The notes under the pieces are model-generated. The model did not search any database and was not told the DNA's origin. It saw only the letters and a program-made list of their open reading frames with translations. A program made the position numbers and the translations under genes. Positions 1-15,705 of a stretch of DNA of 64,000 nt are shown one piece after another. How positions within the stretch are numbered: the stretch's first letter is position 1; each line of letters starts with the position of its first letter. Source of the DNA: Octopus vulgaris (lineage: Eukaryota); NCBI GenBank assembly GCA_951406725.2, contig OX597826.1:51398001-51462000 (forward strand). Reading direction: 5' to 3'.

Positions 1-288
1 ATATGCATCTATGGATATGTATGTATGTATATATATATATATATAACGACCCTCTATGTTTGTTTTCGTTCGGTTTCCTTGTATGTCTCCACTGTCCTGT
101 CTTCCAAGACTCATAATGTCGTTCATTGCTCGAAATGAGGAGTAGATAGAGAGCCGACAACTGATGAAGGGTCGTTCTTTTTGTTACTTGACCTGATTTC
201 CATTTTTTCCTCTCGTTGTTTGCGTATTTAACTCATCTGTTTTCGTACTTCATGTTGTTTACTGTTGGTGACGGTCTGTGCTCGTATA

Positions 289-326
<38 letters not shown>

Positions 327-507
327 CATGTACGTATGTATGTATGTATGTATGTATATATATATATATGTATGTAGAAGTGTATGTGTATACTCATGCA
401 TTGTTATATACCTGTATACGGGTTTGTTGATATATATATATAAATGTGTATATATATATATATATATATACATATAAATATACATATGCATATATATATA
501 TATATAT

Positions 508-550
<43 letters not shown>

Positions 551-620
551 TATATATATATCAACTACAAACGTGCTTTTCTTATACTATTTTTGTGTCC
601 CCGGACCTATCCACTCTCCA

Positions 621-655
621 CATTCTGACGAAGAGCTATGCTCGTAGCGTTACAC
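621..655 (+). ncRNA. Degenerate hammerhead relic of the same family as 23563-23597
   Basis: CTGACGA-A-GAGC-TAT-GCTC-GTAGCGTT, with the GAAAC box decayed. Confidence 0.4.
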
Positions 656-759
656 TCTCCTATTTTTTCTATCTTCAACTAAGCGTCAACCAATCGCATT
701 TATTTTGAACGTTCTTTTGACTTTTCTTGTTTTTATGTCTGTTTCCGACTTGCCTGTAC

Positions 760-1004
<245 letters not shown>

Positions 1005-1227
1005 TTATATGTATTTCAAGATGTTGGTATATGAATATATTTACCTACATATATTTGCTCTACACTCATATATGTATATACAGATGTAGAGATATGATTA
1101 TATTCATAGAAACATATATCTGTATATATACGTACATTATAAATGTATATATATTTATACATGTGTAGATATATCTCTTCATAATTAAATATGTATATAT
1201 ATATACACATACATATACACATACATA

Positions 1228-2628
<1,401 letters not shown>

Positions 2629-2640
2629 AATCTATATCTA

Positions 2641-2771
<131 letters not shown>

Positions 2772-4037
2772 TTATATATACATGTATACAAACATAGTAC
2801 ACATACACACACACACACGATAGATGCTGAACTGCGGCACTGTTGCAGTATTTGTGATCAGTTCGGCAAACGCCTTTCACGGTTGAAAAGTCATTTCAAA
2901 AGATCTAAGACTTGGAAATAGCCCCCATAGATACAAGAACAGGTCAAGCTCTGCAGGGAGCAGTCAGCCTCCTTATGTACATATATATTCCTGTACTAAT
3001 ATGTAAGTTCGTCTGCGGCGAGCTGGTAGAATCGTTAGCACGACGGGCGAAATGCATAGCAGCATTTCGACCGTCTTTATGTTCTGAGTTCAGCTTCCGC
3101 CAAGGTCGACTTTGCCTTTCATCAATTCGGAGTCGATAAAATAAATCCCAACTGAGCGCTAGGATCGATGTAATCAATACACTCCTTCATCGAAATTGTT
3201 GCTGGCCTTGTGCCAAAGATTGAAACCAATATATAAATACCTCTGTTGATATATAATGCGTCTGTTCATGTACATTTTATAACATTCATATATTCATGTC
3301 CTATTTATTTATATTTATACGTAAGTATGTCTGTGTGCACTATTTCTTAGCAATAAAAAAAAATACAGCGAGATAATCTCGTTTAATGTGCCATTCTCGT
3401 CACTTCACGTTCTCTTTACAATTTTTGTTAACGTATCCAGAGTCATCATCATTTGATATGATGTGTTTTATCACTGAATCTTGCTTTTTCTGATTTATTG
3501 ATTTAACTAAGTTCGATACGTTGACTTCCAATTTATGTGTGTATGTGTAATTACGTATGTATGTGTATACCTATCCTTATATATGTAGATGTGTGTAGAT
3601 ACATAAACACATGCACACTCACACACACACACACAGACGCACGCACACATAGATACTCATAGACATAAACACATACGTATAATTTCTTTTAGTCGTAAGA
3701 CGGCCGCTGTGCTGAGGCACGTGCTTAGAGGGTTTAGTCGAAGAAACAGACTGCAGGCAAATTGCTTTTCTAGGTCTAGCACTAATTCTATCGGCCTCTT
3801 CTGCTGAGCACCGATTGTCAGGCTGCGGTGGGGGCAAATATAAACATACTACACACACACATACGCACATGCATTTACATATATATACTTATATACATGC
3901 ATATATATGCATATACATATACATATGTGTGATTGTATGTGTGGGTTAAACGTGTTTCTACCTGCTGATATATGAAGAAATGGACAGAGACTCATCTGTT
4001 TATATATATATATAATGTGTGTATATATATATATATG

Positions 4038-4102
<65 letters not shown>

Positions 4103-6378
4103 GTGCTTATACATTGCTTGACGTTATTACTTTTTATCTGTTAAAGTCACCGAGTTTGTGAAATATCCATCTTCATGATTCTCAACGATTTAAATATTTC
4201 AATATTTCAATAATAGAAAGAACACACCCACACACTTACTCATAGGTCAGACATTGCACATGCGCACGAATTCTTATTTTTAGAAACAAGTATTTCCAAA
4301 GCAAAAAAAAAGAACGTTATGTCATAATCATGTTATGTCAGTCATTTTGATGAATTGGAAATACTATTTCACTCCTAATTTTACTGGTATAAATCCCTGG
4401 TCGTTCATATCTGAATTAGTGAGGGATTTAATCGTTGAGTGTCTGTCTCCTGGATATTGTGTCCTTGTGTTAAACTTTATCGCCGTCATCATCATAACCA
4501 TCATCGTCACCATTATAATCATCGTCATCATCATCCTTATCATCAACTTCGTTTTCTTCGGCGTGCTAACTTTTCTGCGATCTGGCAGAATTGTTAGCAC
4601 GCCGGATAAATTTCTGAGTGGCATTTCGTCCGCTTTTTACTTTCTGAGTCAAATTTCGCCGAGGATCGACATTGCATTTCGATTTTCGATGAAATAAGTA
4701 CCGGTTGAGCACTGGGGCCAATCAAATCGATTAGGTCACTCACTCAAAATTTCAGTCTTGTGCCTTGAGAAGAAATGATTATTGATCTCGTTATGTTTGT
4801 TATTTACTGTGTGATAAGTGCACCGAGAGACTCCTTTTTCAGCTGCAACCTGGAAATTATTTCTGTAAGTATACTTGACGAACAAATGTTAGAAGAGAAT
4901 ACCATTGCAATAATGGTAGAACTTAGTCTTACTTTTCTTTTTCATGTATATAACTTACAAAATCGTATATATGTCCATGGCTTTCCAGACATAGTTTCGT
5001 ATCATTTCAGTTTTAGCAGTGACATATCACATTCCATAACTGCCATAATGTCTGCACTACAGTACCACTCCCTCTAGCTTCCACTGTATAGTTCGTGAAG
5101 CGATAGTAGTATAAAGATGTGACTTTAATCGGGTTGACGTTTGTCGCATCAATTCCTTTGTTTTTACTCCTGCTTTGTCTTAGGATGTCATTCATTCGAA
5201 ATTTCAAATGATTTATAGTGATAAGTTTGTTTCTTATGATAAATTTATTTATTATATTCTATTTAATTTGCTCGATCATATCAATAAAGGTAAAACTCTT
5301 GGTAGGTCTTCTTGTGAGGTGGAAATAAAGGTAGCAAGAATAATTGCTTTCCTATATGCTTCTTGACACTCCATAGTCTTCTATCACCTTCTCTTCATGG
5401 GTATGTGACTGGTCGACAGGATGTGTAGTATCTTGTGTTGTCTTCAGTGATTTCTCGTATTACGATCTTTGGTTATTAAATCCCGCCGAGGTCATTTATG
5501 CCTTTCATCATTTCGGGGTCGATAAAATAAGAATAAGCTAAGTACGGGGTTTAATGAAATCAACTAAACATCTTCCCCCTAAAATTGTCGGCCATGTGTC
5601 GAAATTTGAAATCATTATTGTTCTTATGGCGGTGAGCTGGTAGATTTCTTTCGTATGCCAGACAAAATGCTTAGTGGCATTACTTCTGTCTTTATATTGT
5701 GAGTTCAAATGCCGCTGAGGTCGACTTTGCCTTTCTTCCGTTCTGGGGCGATAAAATAAGTACCTGTTACACACTAGTATCAATATATATTTCTTTACTA
5801 CACACAAGGGGCTAAACATAGAGGGGACAAACAAGGACAGACAAAGGGATTAAGTCGATTACATCGACCCCAGTGCGAAACTGGTACTTTATTTATCGAC
5901 CCCGAAAGGATGAAAGACAAAGTCAACCTCTGAGGAATTCGAACTCATAACGTAACGACAGACGAAATACCTCTAAGCATTTCGCCCTGCGCGCTAACGT
6001 TTCTGCCAGCTCGCTGCCTTAAATCAATATAATATATATAGTATCAATATAATTGACTTGTCCCCTTTACCAAATTCCAGCCCTTATGTCTGTTATTGTT
6101 ACGTGTACTTTGACTGCAACACCAAGTGTTGTTCTGTTTTTGATTTTGCTTTGCTGTCTGTTGTATTACGATTATTTTACAGAATATGCATGCAGTGCCT
6201 AGTATTGCCATCGTTTATACGTTGTGTACATTTTATGCCTTATGGCTTGGTTAGGTATTGGTCACCAGGTTATTTCATCAATCTCAACAACACTTTATTA
6301 TAGAAATTGTCTTTGTTTTCAATTCCCCATCTTTCTTATCCCTATTAACAATTACTTATAGTTGAATATTCTATGTTG

Positions 6379-6629
6379 TGAAAGGTAGGAGAGTCCAGTT
6401 TGCTGGACATTGTTGTAGAGCTGAAAAAGAAGTAATTTCTACTCTTCTCCTCTGGAAGCCATCTACTCGCAATACCAGAGGGCGCACACTCTCCTACCCT
6501 GATGTAATCTCCAGGGATACAGGCATCCAGCAACAGGACCTCCGTAATGCTATGATGGACCGTGAAGTCTGGCGTAACATAGTAAATTCCATTGTCTCGA
6601 CTACGGTCGAACAATGATGAATGATGATG
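6379..6629 (+). mobile_element. 5'-truncated RTE-like LINE 3' end
   Basis: C-terminal ORF RRVQFAGHCCRAEKEVISTLLLWKP...AMMDREVWRNIV, (TGA)n tail and 11-bp TSD ATTCTATGTTG (6368-6378, 6630-6640). Confidence 0.85.
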
Positions 6630-7750
6630 ATTCTATGTTGAAATTGATATTTCAATGAGTAGGTATTTACACCTCCTTTTCTGGTAGCCTTGACAAAACT
6701 ATAAAGCTGAGTAGTCTTGACTTCCACGTCTGTGTGGATGGCCACAACCCAGAGAATGACCGCTTTGTCATTCACTGAAACATTTTCTGATGTATGTATA
6801 CACCCCCACTTTCTCTTACTGGCATAATGCTAAAATAACTTCTAGAGTATGAATCTAATTATATCATGCCTGTAGACGTATTTTGTCTTAGCTAAGTCTG
6901 GGCAGCCAAAGACAATGCAATCGTTGCTTCCCCATCTCTATGGAGACTGGGTTACTTAATGTATTCTGCTTCAAGATTCTTGAATAACATGGGCCTACAC
7001 ACTGCAATTATGAATGCATACTACGATCTGCGGGCTAATCTAGTGACTTCAGGTCTTGCGTTAAATACACTTATTTACTTCATGACGTTTACTCCGATCC
7101 AACCGTTTCTACGTCGTAAGACGTTCATCTTGTATCTCAATGAAGAACGTTTCAGTCTTAAGTTAAGTTTTAATTCTAGCCTTTCTCAGTCAGTGCTGCT
7201 GCTTTCGTTTGTATTCCCACCACCCACTGCCCAAGTTTTAATTTTCGCTTGTTTTCTACGCAGACTCATTTTACATCATACTTCTATCATGACAATCTGT
7301 AATAGATGTTCAGCATATATTTTAATTGTTTTCAGAGCCTCTCTTCATCTCCTTCCTCATAACTGTCTCTCAATTCCGGACCTGTTTTGTATTTCTGTCT
7401 TCATTAAAGATACAAACGAGATTTTCTATTGTTGTGTTCGTCTTTTGTAGCTCTTTTTACTAGATTTCTATTGCTGCTTAACAAATATATTTCCATACGC
7501 ACAATGGATATTTTACAATATTTTCTACTCGAATAAGGTTTCTGTCTCTTCGTACTTCTGGTAAATATACACTTTGTGTAAAAATGATTATTATTTACAT
7601 TTCATTTCTCTACAGTCAATAAGACAAATTACTAGTGAACTACTGGGATTAATTTAACTGTCTAACTTCCTACTCTAAAATTATTGGCCATGTGCTTAAA
7701 TTTGAAACCATTATTATCATCTTTTTGGCCTTGTGACAAAATTAGAAAGA

Positions 7751-7807
<57 letters not shown>

Positions 7808-7819
7808 ATTATTATTATT

Positions 7820-8320
7820 GAGTGAGAGAGCAGTGCATGCCATCAAAGTGACACTGGGGTAAAATATACGAAGCCCAGTATGCCCATCAGGACTACCCGT
7901 CTGATAAGGGTACACTAGGCACATGTATCACAACCATATGTGCGCAACATGGTGATCTCATATCAAGATAAACAGTGCATGACCTTGCAGGTGGAGCCCA
8001 GTTAGAATTTTCTTCTGGTCGAGTTACCCATCCTGCTCAAAAGGTCCCTGAAAAAAAGTTGTTTAAGGATGATGAACGAAACACCCATGTTTCCAGAGGT
8101 GAAACATGGCTATGATGCTCTCAACACATGATGCTCCCCAACTACTTCTGCTCGTGATCAGAGATGCACATATCGTCAGCCACTAAGGGACATGCTCAAC
8201 TGGTTAAGGGCAAACAACTGACAAGCAAATCGGTGGCATTGAGCAGAATATTTGCTGTAGCCTATCATTTATATCCAGACAAAACAATGTACATGATAAC
8301 ACTTCCAACCAGTTAAGATC
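7820..8320 (-). mobile_element. Non-coding insertion within (TTA)n, probably the 3' end of a TAA-targeting retroelement
   Basis: About 500 bp of complex sequence bounded on both sides by long (TTA)n tracts. Confidence 0.5.
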
Positions 8321-8340
8321 TATTATTATTATTGTTGTTG

Positions 8341-8443
<103 letters not shown>

Positions 8444-8682
8444 GGCGATGATCTAGCAGAACGATCGAGCTCGCCATACAACATTCTTAGCGGTTTTTCG
8501 TCCATGGTTATGTTCTGACCTCAAATTCCGCCGAGGTTAATTTTCATCCTTTCGGAGTCGATAAAATAAGTCTCAGTGAAGTACTGGGGTTAATGCAATC
8601 GACCTCCCCTTCCCCTCAAAAACTGCTGGCCCGTGCCAAATTTAGAAATCATGATTAATATTAATATCATTTTTATTAACGT

Positions 8683-8995
8683 CGCTTTACGAACGCCTCT
8701 CATCACAATCAAATCGGTTTACATACAATTTTTCGAACATAAAACGTCTAGGATGACAAACGGTTAACTCGAATAACGAAAACACAAGCCGGTAACAACG
8801 GATGGTGACAAGCTGGGAACATCAACGGAAGAACGTCAGATGCTGTCTGGCTTTCAGACAGTGCATACCCAAGTTCGAATTCACCGTGTCTTCTGTTGAA
8901 TTTCCTACAGAAAAAATAGTTTCGGTTTACGAACGTTTCGGGTGAGGAACTGACTGCAGGAACGAGTTAAATTCGTAAACCAACGTTCTAATGTA
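8683..8995. mobile_element. pogo/Tigger-like MITE relic
   Basis: Repeated GGTTTACGAAC-type motifs, a TTCGTAAACC...TGTA terminus and a partial inverted match at the left end. Confidence 0.5.
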
Positions 8996-9297
8996 TGAAC
9001 ATGAGTTGAAGCAAGGCAACATGTTTCAGAGACCTCTTGAAGAAATAATTTTTATTTCAATTTTTCTTTTTCTGAAAAAATAAAAAAAAAAAATAACGAA
9101 AATTAACATTTTCAGTTTTATTAACAGAAACCTTGCAGGTTATTTAAAGAACTACACTATCTCTCTTTGTGCATGTATGTATATATATACATATATGTAA
9201 GTATATATGTATGTATGTACGTATGTATGTACATATATATGCATATATATACATATACATACATGCACACACACACACGCGCGCACATATATATATA

Positions 9298-9811
9298 TCT
9301 ATATATATAAAACTGTAGTTGTGTGAGTGTCTGTCCCCTTCGATTTAGATTCCTAACTACTCCCACATTTTGCGGTGCAGTTTAACCAAATTCGGGTATC
9401 TTATAGTCATAATTCATATCAAGCCCGTCTGGGTATTAGCGCGCGTCTACGATGAGTCTACGATTTTAAAAATAATTTAACATCATTTTTTATTCCATTT
9501 TAATGCATAATTTTTCGTGTGTCGATGGCGGCGGAGTTGGCGTCCATGGTCACACCTGCACCTGTTTGCTTCTCCCCCTTCTTCCCTCCCCTCGTGAAGC
9601 TGTGGGGAAGAGAGTGTAAGGAAATCAACGTCGTAAAGCGTTGTCAAGGAGACCAGCGTTCTTTTAGAACAACGACTTCATGGCTTGAAGACACCAAAAC
9701 AGAAATGGCTAAGAAAGCCCGAATTGGCATCTATAAGGGAAGTAACTCTCTAAAAATGCTTATATAGTTATTTCCCTTACAAACCCGAGCAACGCCGGGC
9801 GATACTGCTAG
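9298..9811 (+). mobile_element. Non-autonomous Helitron
   Basis: 5' A|TCTATATATATAAAA, subterminal GC hairpin CCCGAGCAACGCCGGG (9784-9799), 3' CTAG|T, no TSD. Confidence 0.8.
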
Positions 9812-10092
9812 TATATATATATATAAATACACACACATACACACACAAATACATACATGTATGTACATATATATCCGTGGGTGTTGTAGCTGAATATGTG
9901 GAATAACGGTCTCGTGTTTGATCTTTTGTCTTGTTTCATAATATTGAAAGCGACGACTCCATAATCTCTTTAATACTGTGAAACAAACCAAAGAGTGTCT
10001 AATCAATATTATCACACCTTGTAATATGTATGATGCTCTATTATATTTCAGCTCGCTAAAAGTTCTTTTTTAACTTTCAAGTTTCATTTGTA

Positions 10093-10134
<42 letters not shown>

Positions 10135-10160
10135 TTTATTTTAAGCAGCAGAAAATTCAA

Positions 10161-10210
10161 CAAAATCTGTTACTCTGAGTTTCTCGTTGCCGTTCATCAG
10201 ACAGTTTTTG
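10161..10210 (-). ncRNA. Minimal type I hammerhead ribozyme
   Basis: Minus strand reads (CAAAAA)CTGT-CTGATGA-A-CG-GCAA-CG-A-GAAAC-TCAGA-GTA-ACAG(ATTTTG): stem I CTGT/ACAG extendable, GNRA-capped short stem II, stem III ACTC-A-GAGT. Lies between (TA)n tracts. Confidence 0.7.
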
Positions 10211-10299
10211 CTAGAATGGAACTGATATATCAATTTACTCTACCACTGGTATTTGAGTACTCTTTTTTCCACCTTGTTTCACATTTATGTGTTTACTCC

Positions 10300-10351
<52 letters not shown>

Positions 10352-10355
<4 letters not shown>

Positions 10356-10617
10356 CAACTAATAAGGGCGAGAAAATTGGATACTAATTTAATAGTACAT
10401 CCATTTAGCACCAAGTGGCTTAGTGCATAAAAAGCCCGGATTTCGATAAATTTTATACATAAATATAAGAGAGTAACCACTGTGTGGTCGACTCTAGCAC
10501 TAAAAATCGTTTGCGCTAGTAGTCGTGCTAACTTTCATCGGAAACAATTCTTTGTGGCTGAAACCTAGCGGATCTATTTTTAGTGCTAGAGTAGACCACA
10601 TAGTGGTTACTCTCTTA

Positions 10618-10625
<8 letters not shown>
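10352..10625 (-). mobile_element. Short (TA)n-flanked element with an internal inverted duplication
   Basis: 10460-10507 is inverted at 10576-10625. Its layout resembles the 36.6-37.2 kb element (ACCAAGTGG motif). Confidence 0.5.
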
Positions 10626-10691
<66 letters not shown>

Positions 10692-11621
10692 TATATGCAT
10701 TTATAATTACACAGAATGATTTTTCCTACGTTGAAAGTGTGTCAGGAATATTAACCGTTAACATATAACATACATTGGCAACTGAGTTGCTTTGTACTGC
10801 TTTATAATCAAGGCAACAGTTATCTTACTGTCTGCTTTAAAGCATATAATTTACTGTGCGACTACGTCTTGTAAACAGATGATGTTCCTTACGTAAGATA
10901 ACTTTGTCTTCACAATGATATAATATTGTCTATGGCGGTGAGTTATCAGTTACAAAAATAACAACTTCCCCATGAATACTCGGTCAGGCTGTTGAAATAT
11001 GACAGCATCCATCATTTTTGTTTTCATTAGAAATACAAATCTTTAAAAACGTCTTTTTCTTGAACCGATGCTGGTACTTGTACATATTATCGAACCTCTC
11101 TGAAATCACACATATAACATCATCTTAGAAGACGAGAGGATATATTATGAAGTGTGTTATTAGATATTCTTAAAAGAACATGATGTCACGACTGGACTAC
11201 TTTTAATCATATAACTGCTCAGTTAAAATTATCTTTGGTCACACATCTGCAGCAAAAACGAACATGTTTTATAGACAACTCGGGTAAATATGGTCCAGGA
11301 CACCCAATTCGTTTTCACAAAATGCTCTTACGCAAAGATTTTGCTTCAACTTCACGTAGTAGTAAACCATTGTTGTAATAACATCTAAAAGTATATTCCT
11401 CAATGCACTCAAATGAACTGTATTACTGGAGCATGGGCTGAGGACTTTTGCAATATCATTTACAATATTATATTTTTCAATGACATTATAAAGTGAAGTG
11501 CCTGGGACAATAGAATGGTGAGTTAATTACATATCATGGGTTTTGCTTCGTCTTTCATGGTTGAAATCCTACCAGAGTCGAAATTGGCTTTTGATTCATC
11601 CTTACAGTATTTGATAAAAAT

Positions 11622-11932
11622 ATTTGAGTCAGTAGCTATCTGTGTCCTTGAAAAAATGACTTAATACACGTAACTTCCGCTAGGATTTGAGTCAGTAGCT
11701 GTCTCTGTCCTTGAAAAATGACTTAATACACTAAACTTCCGCTAGGATTTGAGTCAGTAGCTGTCTGTGTCCTTGAAAAATGACTTTATACACGTAACTT
11801 CCGCTAGGATTTGAGTCAGTAGCTGTCTGTGTCCTTGAAAAATGACTTTATACACGTAACTTCCGCTAGAATTTGAGTCAGTAGCTGTCTGTGTCCTTGA
11901 AAAATGACTTTATACACGTAACTTCCGCTAGG
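11622..11932. repeat. 62-bp minisatellite, 5 copies
   Basis: ATTTGAGTCAGTAGCTGTCTGTGTCCTTGAAAAATGACTTTATACACGTAACTTCCGCTAGG, with units at ~11622, 11685, 11747, 11809 and 11871. Confidence 0.95.
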
Positions 11933-13607
11933 TGTCACAACTTGTTGCTATAAGCAGTAACAGCGCCGTAGAACTGTAGATAGACGTTTGATTCTGTACT
12001 ACTGAGAGTATTTTGATTAGTTATATTGTGGTAGACGTGATAAATGTCGGAAAAGATTTACCTCCTATTTGCTAAATACAACAACAAACTGAGATAAACA
12101 GAGGACAAGTGATTCCTTGAAATTTTGAAAGCTGATCATTTCAATGATTTATCTTTTATCTTTTACTTGTTTCGGTCTTTAGACTGCGGTCATGCTGGAT
12201 CACCTCTTTGAAATTTGGGTCATCTTTTTTCAAAATACCTGTGGTTTTGATCTCACTGCCATTATATAAAGGCCAGTAACACCGCCCCACCCTCAAACGA
12301 CAGTCACTTATATAAAAAAGCTTTATTAAAAAAATATGACTCAGACGTAACAGTGATATATGATAAAATAATAAAAAACAATGCAGATGACACTGGAGTG
12401 GATATAACAGTCGACTGTAAGATCGATGTACTTTGTATCACTTTAACAGCATCGTATGAACTGCTTACACAAACTATATCAGATGACATAAAATGTCATG
12501 TGATACGTATCATAAAATTTCCTACGACGTCAAATCAGCAAAAGGTAATTGTATCAACTCTAGGTTGATATCACCATATAGTGATATCTTTCAATCAATA
12601 TAAAAACGGAACGATATCACATTAATGCTTCAGCATGAACGACACGCTAAAAATATCTCCATGGCGATGATATCAGACCAAAGATAACATACCTATGACA
12701 ACACACCTACAACAGTATATAATGATATTCAGTGATACGTTTTCTGTACATAGAAAAGTAAATTTAAATTTTAAGTACTTAAACTTTGATTTTATTTTTT
12801 ATATTTCTTATATGAGCAAATGAAAAATAAGATAAATATCGAGTTTGTATGAAACTACCAGAAACACACTCGAACAAAGCTACTTCTCCACATAATCATT
12901 TAGGTACATAAACGCACACATAAGTATTAAACACACACCACCAACACATAGACACACACACAAACATCGATATGAACAGTAAAAAAAATCTAATAGTGAG
13001 CGGGTCGTACTCTTTGACGGTGCATTTGATCAGAGAAATTGCGACTTTTATCGAGTTTTGAGCAACACATGTTACCACTTTTTTGGGAAAGAATTAAAGT
13101 GTATTTAGAATTTGAAAATAATTCTGAAGATATATACACAAGTGACTGAGAGACCAGTCATTATTCTTCTCATCGCCGAAGTAGGCGAGAGTTTTCGTAT
13201 TTACTGTTACTCCCGGTTTATTATCCATATTTTCTGATTGGTTATTTAGTTTCTCATAATAACATTTGAAAGACCCTTTGACGTTCCAATACATTTTAGG
13301 ATAAATATTCTACATAAAGCAGTGACGGTGCCAATTCAAACAACATTTTCTAGCAAGAGACAAAGTACTAAGATGCGATAATTAATGAAATTGTTTAACT
13401 ATTATATCCAGGTTAAATTGTTTAACTTTAAACTCCAGGTTTATTTGACACTAACTGAGTCGAGAAGTAAACTAGAACACAGTTGTGTCTTCAGTATAAT
13501 ACGCATGTAGCTATATCCTTGCCTATATGTATGTACGTATGTATGTATGTATGTATGTATGTATGTATGTATGTATGTATGTATGTATGTATGTATGTAT
13601 GTATGTA

Positions 13608-14102
13608 TTGGCAACCCCACCAAGCTTGCTTGGTGAGGAGGGTGTTTATTGGACACCCTGCTGGATGAAAAACAAAACCCGTCAAAGGGCGGAGGAACTC
13701 TTGAGAGTCAACGGCCATCCAATAAATGTGTAATTTTTTTTCCCTTTAAGGCTTAAGGCTGTATCATGCGCGGGGACATAGAAATAATCGGATTAAATAC
13801 TCGATCGCGCGGTTAAACCATTGGGAGTGAAGGACTCCTAGCCTTTGTGAGGGCATCCTTCTAGGAGAAGGTAACTCAGGTAACTGGGATAACTCCGACA
13901 TAAAACCTGCGGCTCAGTGGTTACCGATGATGTTGACTTATTCTTCTTTTCGGATTATAGCTGCTGTTGCTTAGTGAGTGGGATTGATTCAGTGCACAGC
14001 CTTTCCTCACTTTAAAAAAAATCTTACACAGGCATTACACGATAACAACATTGATTAAGCTTCGTGCAATGGTCATACTCGATAACGAGGGGGCAGCCAC
14101 CA
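13608..14102. mobile_element. Structured non-coding repeat inserted in (TATG)n, possibly RTE 5'-related
   Basis: GC-richer island between TATG tracts, with hairpins CACCAAGC/GCTTGGTG and AGGGTGT/ACACCCT. The TCTAGGAGAAGG..AACTC motif recalls RTE leaders. Confidence 0.4.
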
Positions 14103-14104
14103 TG

Positions 14105-14165
<61 letters not shown>

Positions 14166-14329
14166 AGAGGGACAGGCAAAACAGGTTGCTTGACCGCATA
14201 CCGAAAAAATAGAAATAGCAGTCAAGAATGCTTATTTCTATCAAAGTTGGACTCCGGGCATGACAGACCCTGTAATTCACATATGCAAAACAGAAGGAAT
14301 AGATAACGAATACGAAGTCTGGCGGTTAT

Positions 14330-14440
14330 CTGTGAACATCATGTTTCTGGATTATAAACATATTGAATATATATTCCATATATTTTTGATATATATTTCA
14401 TATATATTGCATATATATTTCACATCCTTCTTCAGCACAG
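14330..14440 (-). ncRNA. Type I hammerhead ribozyme (unit 1)
   Basis: Minus strand reads CTGTG-CTGAAGA-A-GGAT...ATCC-A-GAAAC-ATGAT-GTT-CACAG: stem I CTGTG/CACAG, CUGANGA and GAAA cores, quasi-palindromic stem III (ACAT-G-ATGT), GUU triplet. Confidence 0.75.
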
Positions 14441-14971
14441 CTTTCCATTGAAAAAGATTTATCATAGATTTATCAAATGCTACGTACCTCAAACCTTCTG
14501 ACCATGCGACATCAAAATATTTGAAGAAAGTGAGCAAAGGCTAAACCTACATAGACGTTTGAATTCATAAATCTTCCCTCCAAAATTTTGCCATGCGCAT
14601 TACAAAAATAGTTCCGTAAGATGGGGAACAATTAGGTTGTCAAAGGGAGAGAAACATCCAAATAGTAATATAATGATAAGAGTAAATAATTTCTATAAAG
14701 GCTTTTAAAAAAAACCCAATTATTTACTGGTAGAATTCGGTATGTAAATATAGCCGATTACCGGCAGGAACTTCTGTAAAGTTCAGTATATATATTGTAT
14801 ATAAGAAAGAGGGACAGGCAAAACAGGTTGCTTGACCGCATACCGAAAAAATAGAAATAGCAGTCAAGAATGCTTATTTCTATCAAAGTTGGACTCCGGG
14901 CATGACAGACCCTGTAATTCACATATGCAAAACAGAAGGAATAGATAACGAATACGAAGTCTGGCGGTTAT

Positions 14972-15082
14972 CTGTGAACATCATGTTTCTGGATTATAAA
15001 CATATTGAATATATATTCCATATATTTTTGATATATATTTCATATATATTGCATATATATTTCACATCCTTCTTCAGCACAG
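14972..15082 (-). ncRNA. Type I hammerhead ribozyme (unit 2)
   Basis: Same motif as 14330-14440, offset by 642 bp. Confidence 0.75.
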
Positions 15083-15594
15083 CTTTCCATTGAAAAAGAT
15101 TTATCATAGATTTATCAAATGCTACGTACCTCAAACCTTCTGACCATGCGACATCAAAATATTTGAAGAAAGTGAGCAAAGGCTAAACCTACATAGACGT
15201 TTGAATTCATAAATCTTCCCTCCAAAATTTTGCCATGCGCATTACAAAAATAGTTCCGTAAGATGGGGAACAATTAGGTTGTCAAAGGGAGAGAAACATC
15301 CAAATAGTAATATAATGATAAGAGTAAATAATTTCTATAAAGGCTTTTAAAAAAACCCAATTATTTACTGGTAGAATTCGGTATGTAAATATAGCCGATT
15401 ACCGGCAGGAACTTCTGTAAAGTTCAGTATATATATTGTATATAAGAAAGAGGGACAGGCAAAACAGGTTGCTTGACCGCATACCGAAAAAATAGAAATA
15501 GCAGTCAAGAATGCTTATTTCTATCAAAGTTGGACTCCGGGCATGACAGACCCTGTAATTTGATAAATCTTGATAAATCTTTTTCAATGGAAAG

Positions 15595-15705
15595 CTGTGC
15601 AGAAGAAGGATGTGAAATATATATGCAATATATATGAAATATATATCAAAAATATATGGAATATATATTCAATATGTTTATAATCCAGAAACATGATGTT
15701 CACAG
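15595..15705 (+). ncRNA. Hammerhead copy in the inverted arm with a core mutation (CUGAAGA to CAGAAGA)
   Basis: CTGTG-CAGAAGA-AGGAT...ATCCA-GAAAC-ATGAT-GTT-CACAG, with T>A at 15601 relative to the other two copies. Confidence 0.65.

Noticed and set aside
155-205. CTGATGA-A-GGGTC...GACCT as a hammerhead
   Set aside because: A stem II-like pairing exists, but no GAAA box, cleavage triplet or stem I partner follows.
6870-7600. 163-aa plus-strand ORF or possible minus-strand LINE endonuclease relic
   Set aside because: No convincing motif on either strand, too degraded to call.
11622-11932. CRISPR-like regular repeat
   Set aside because: Units are contiguous with no unique spacers, there are no cas genes, and the context is eukaryotic.
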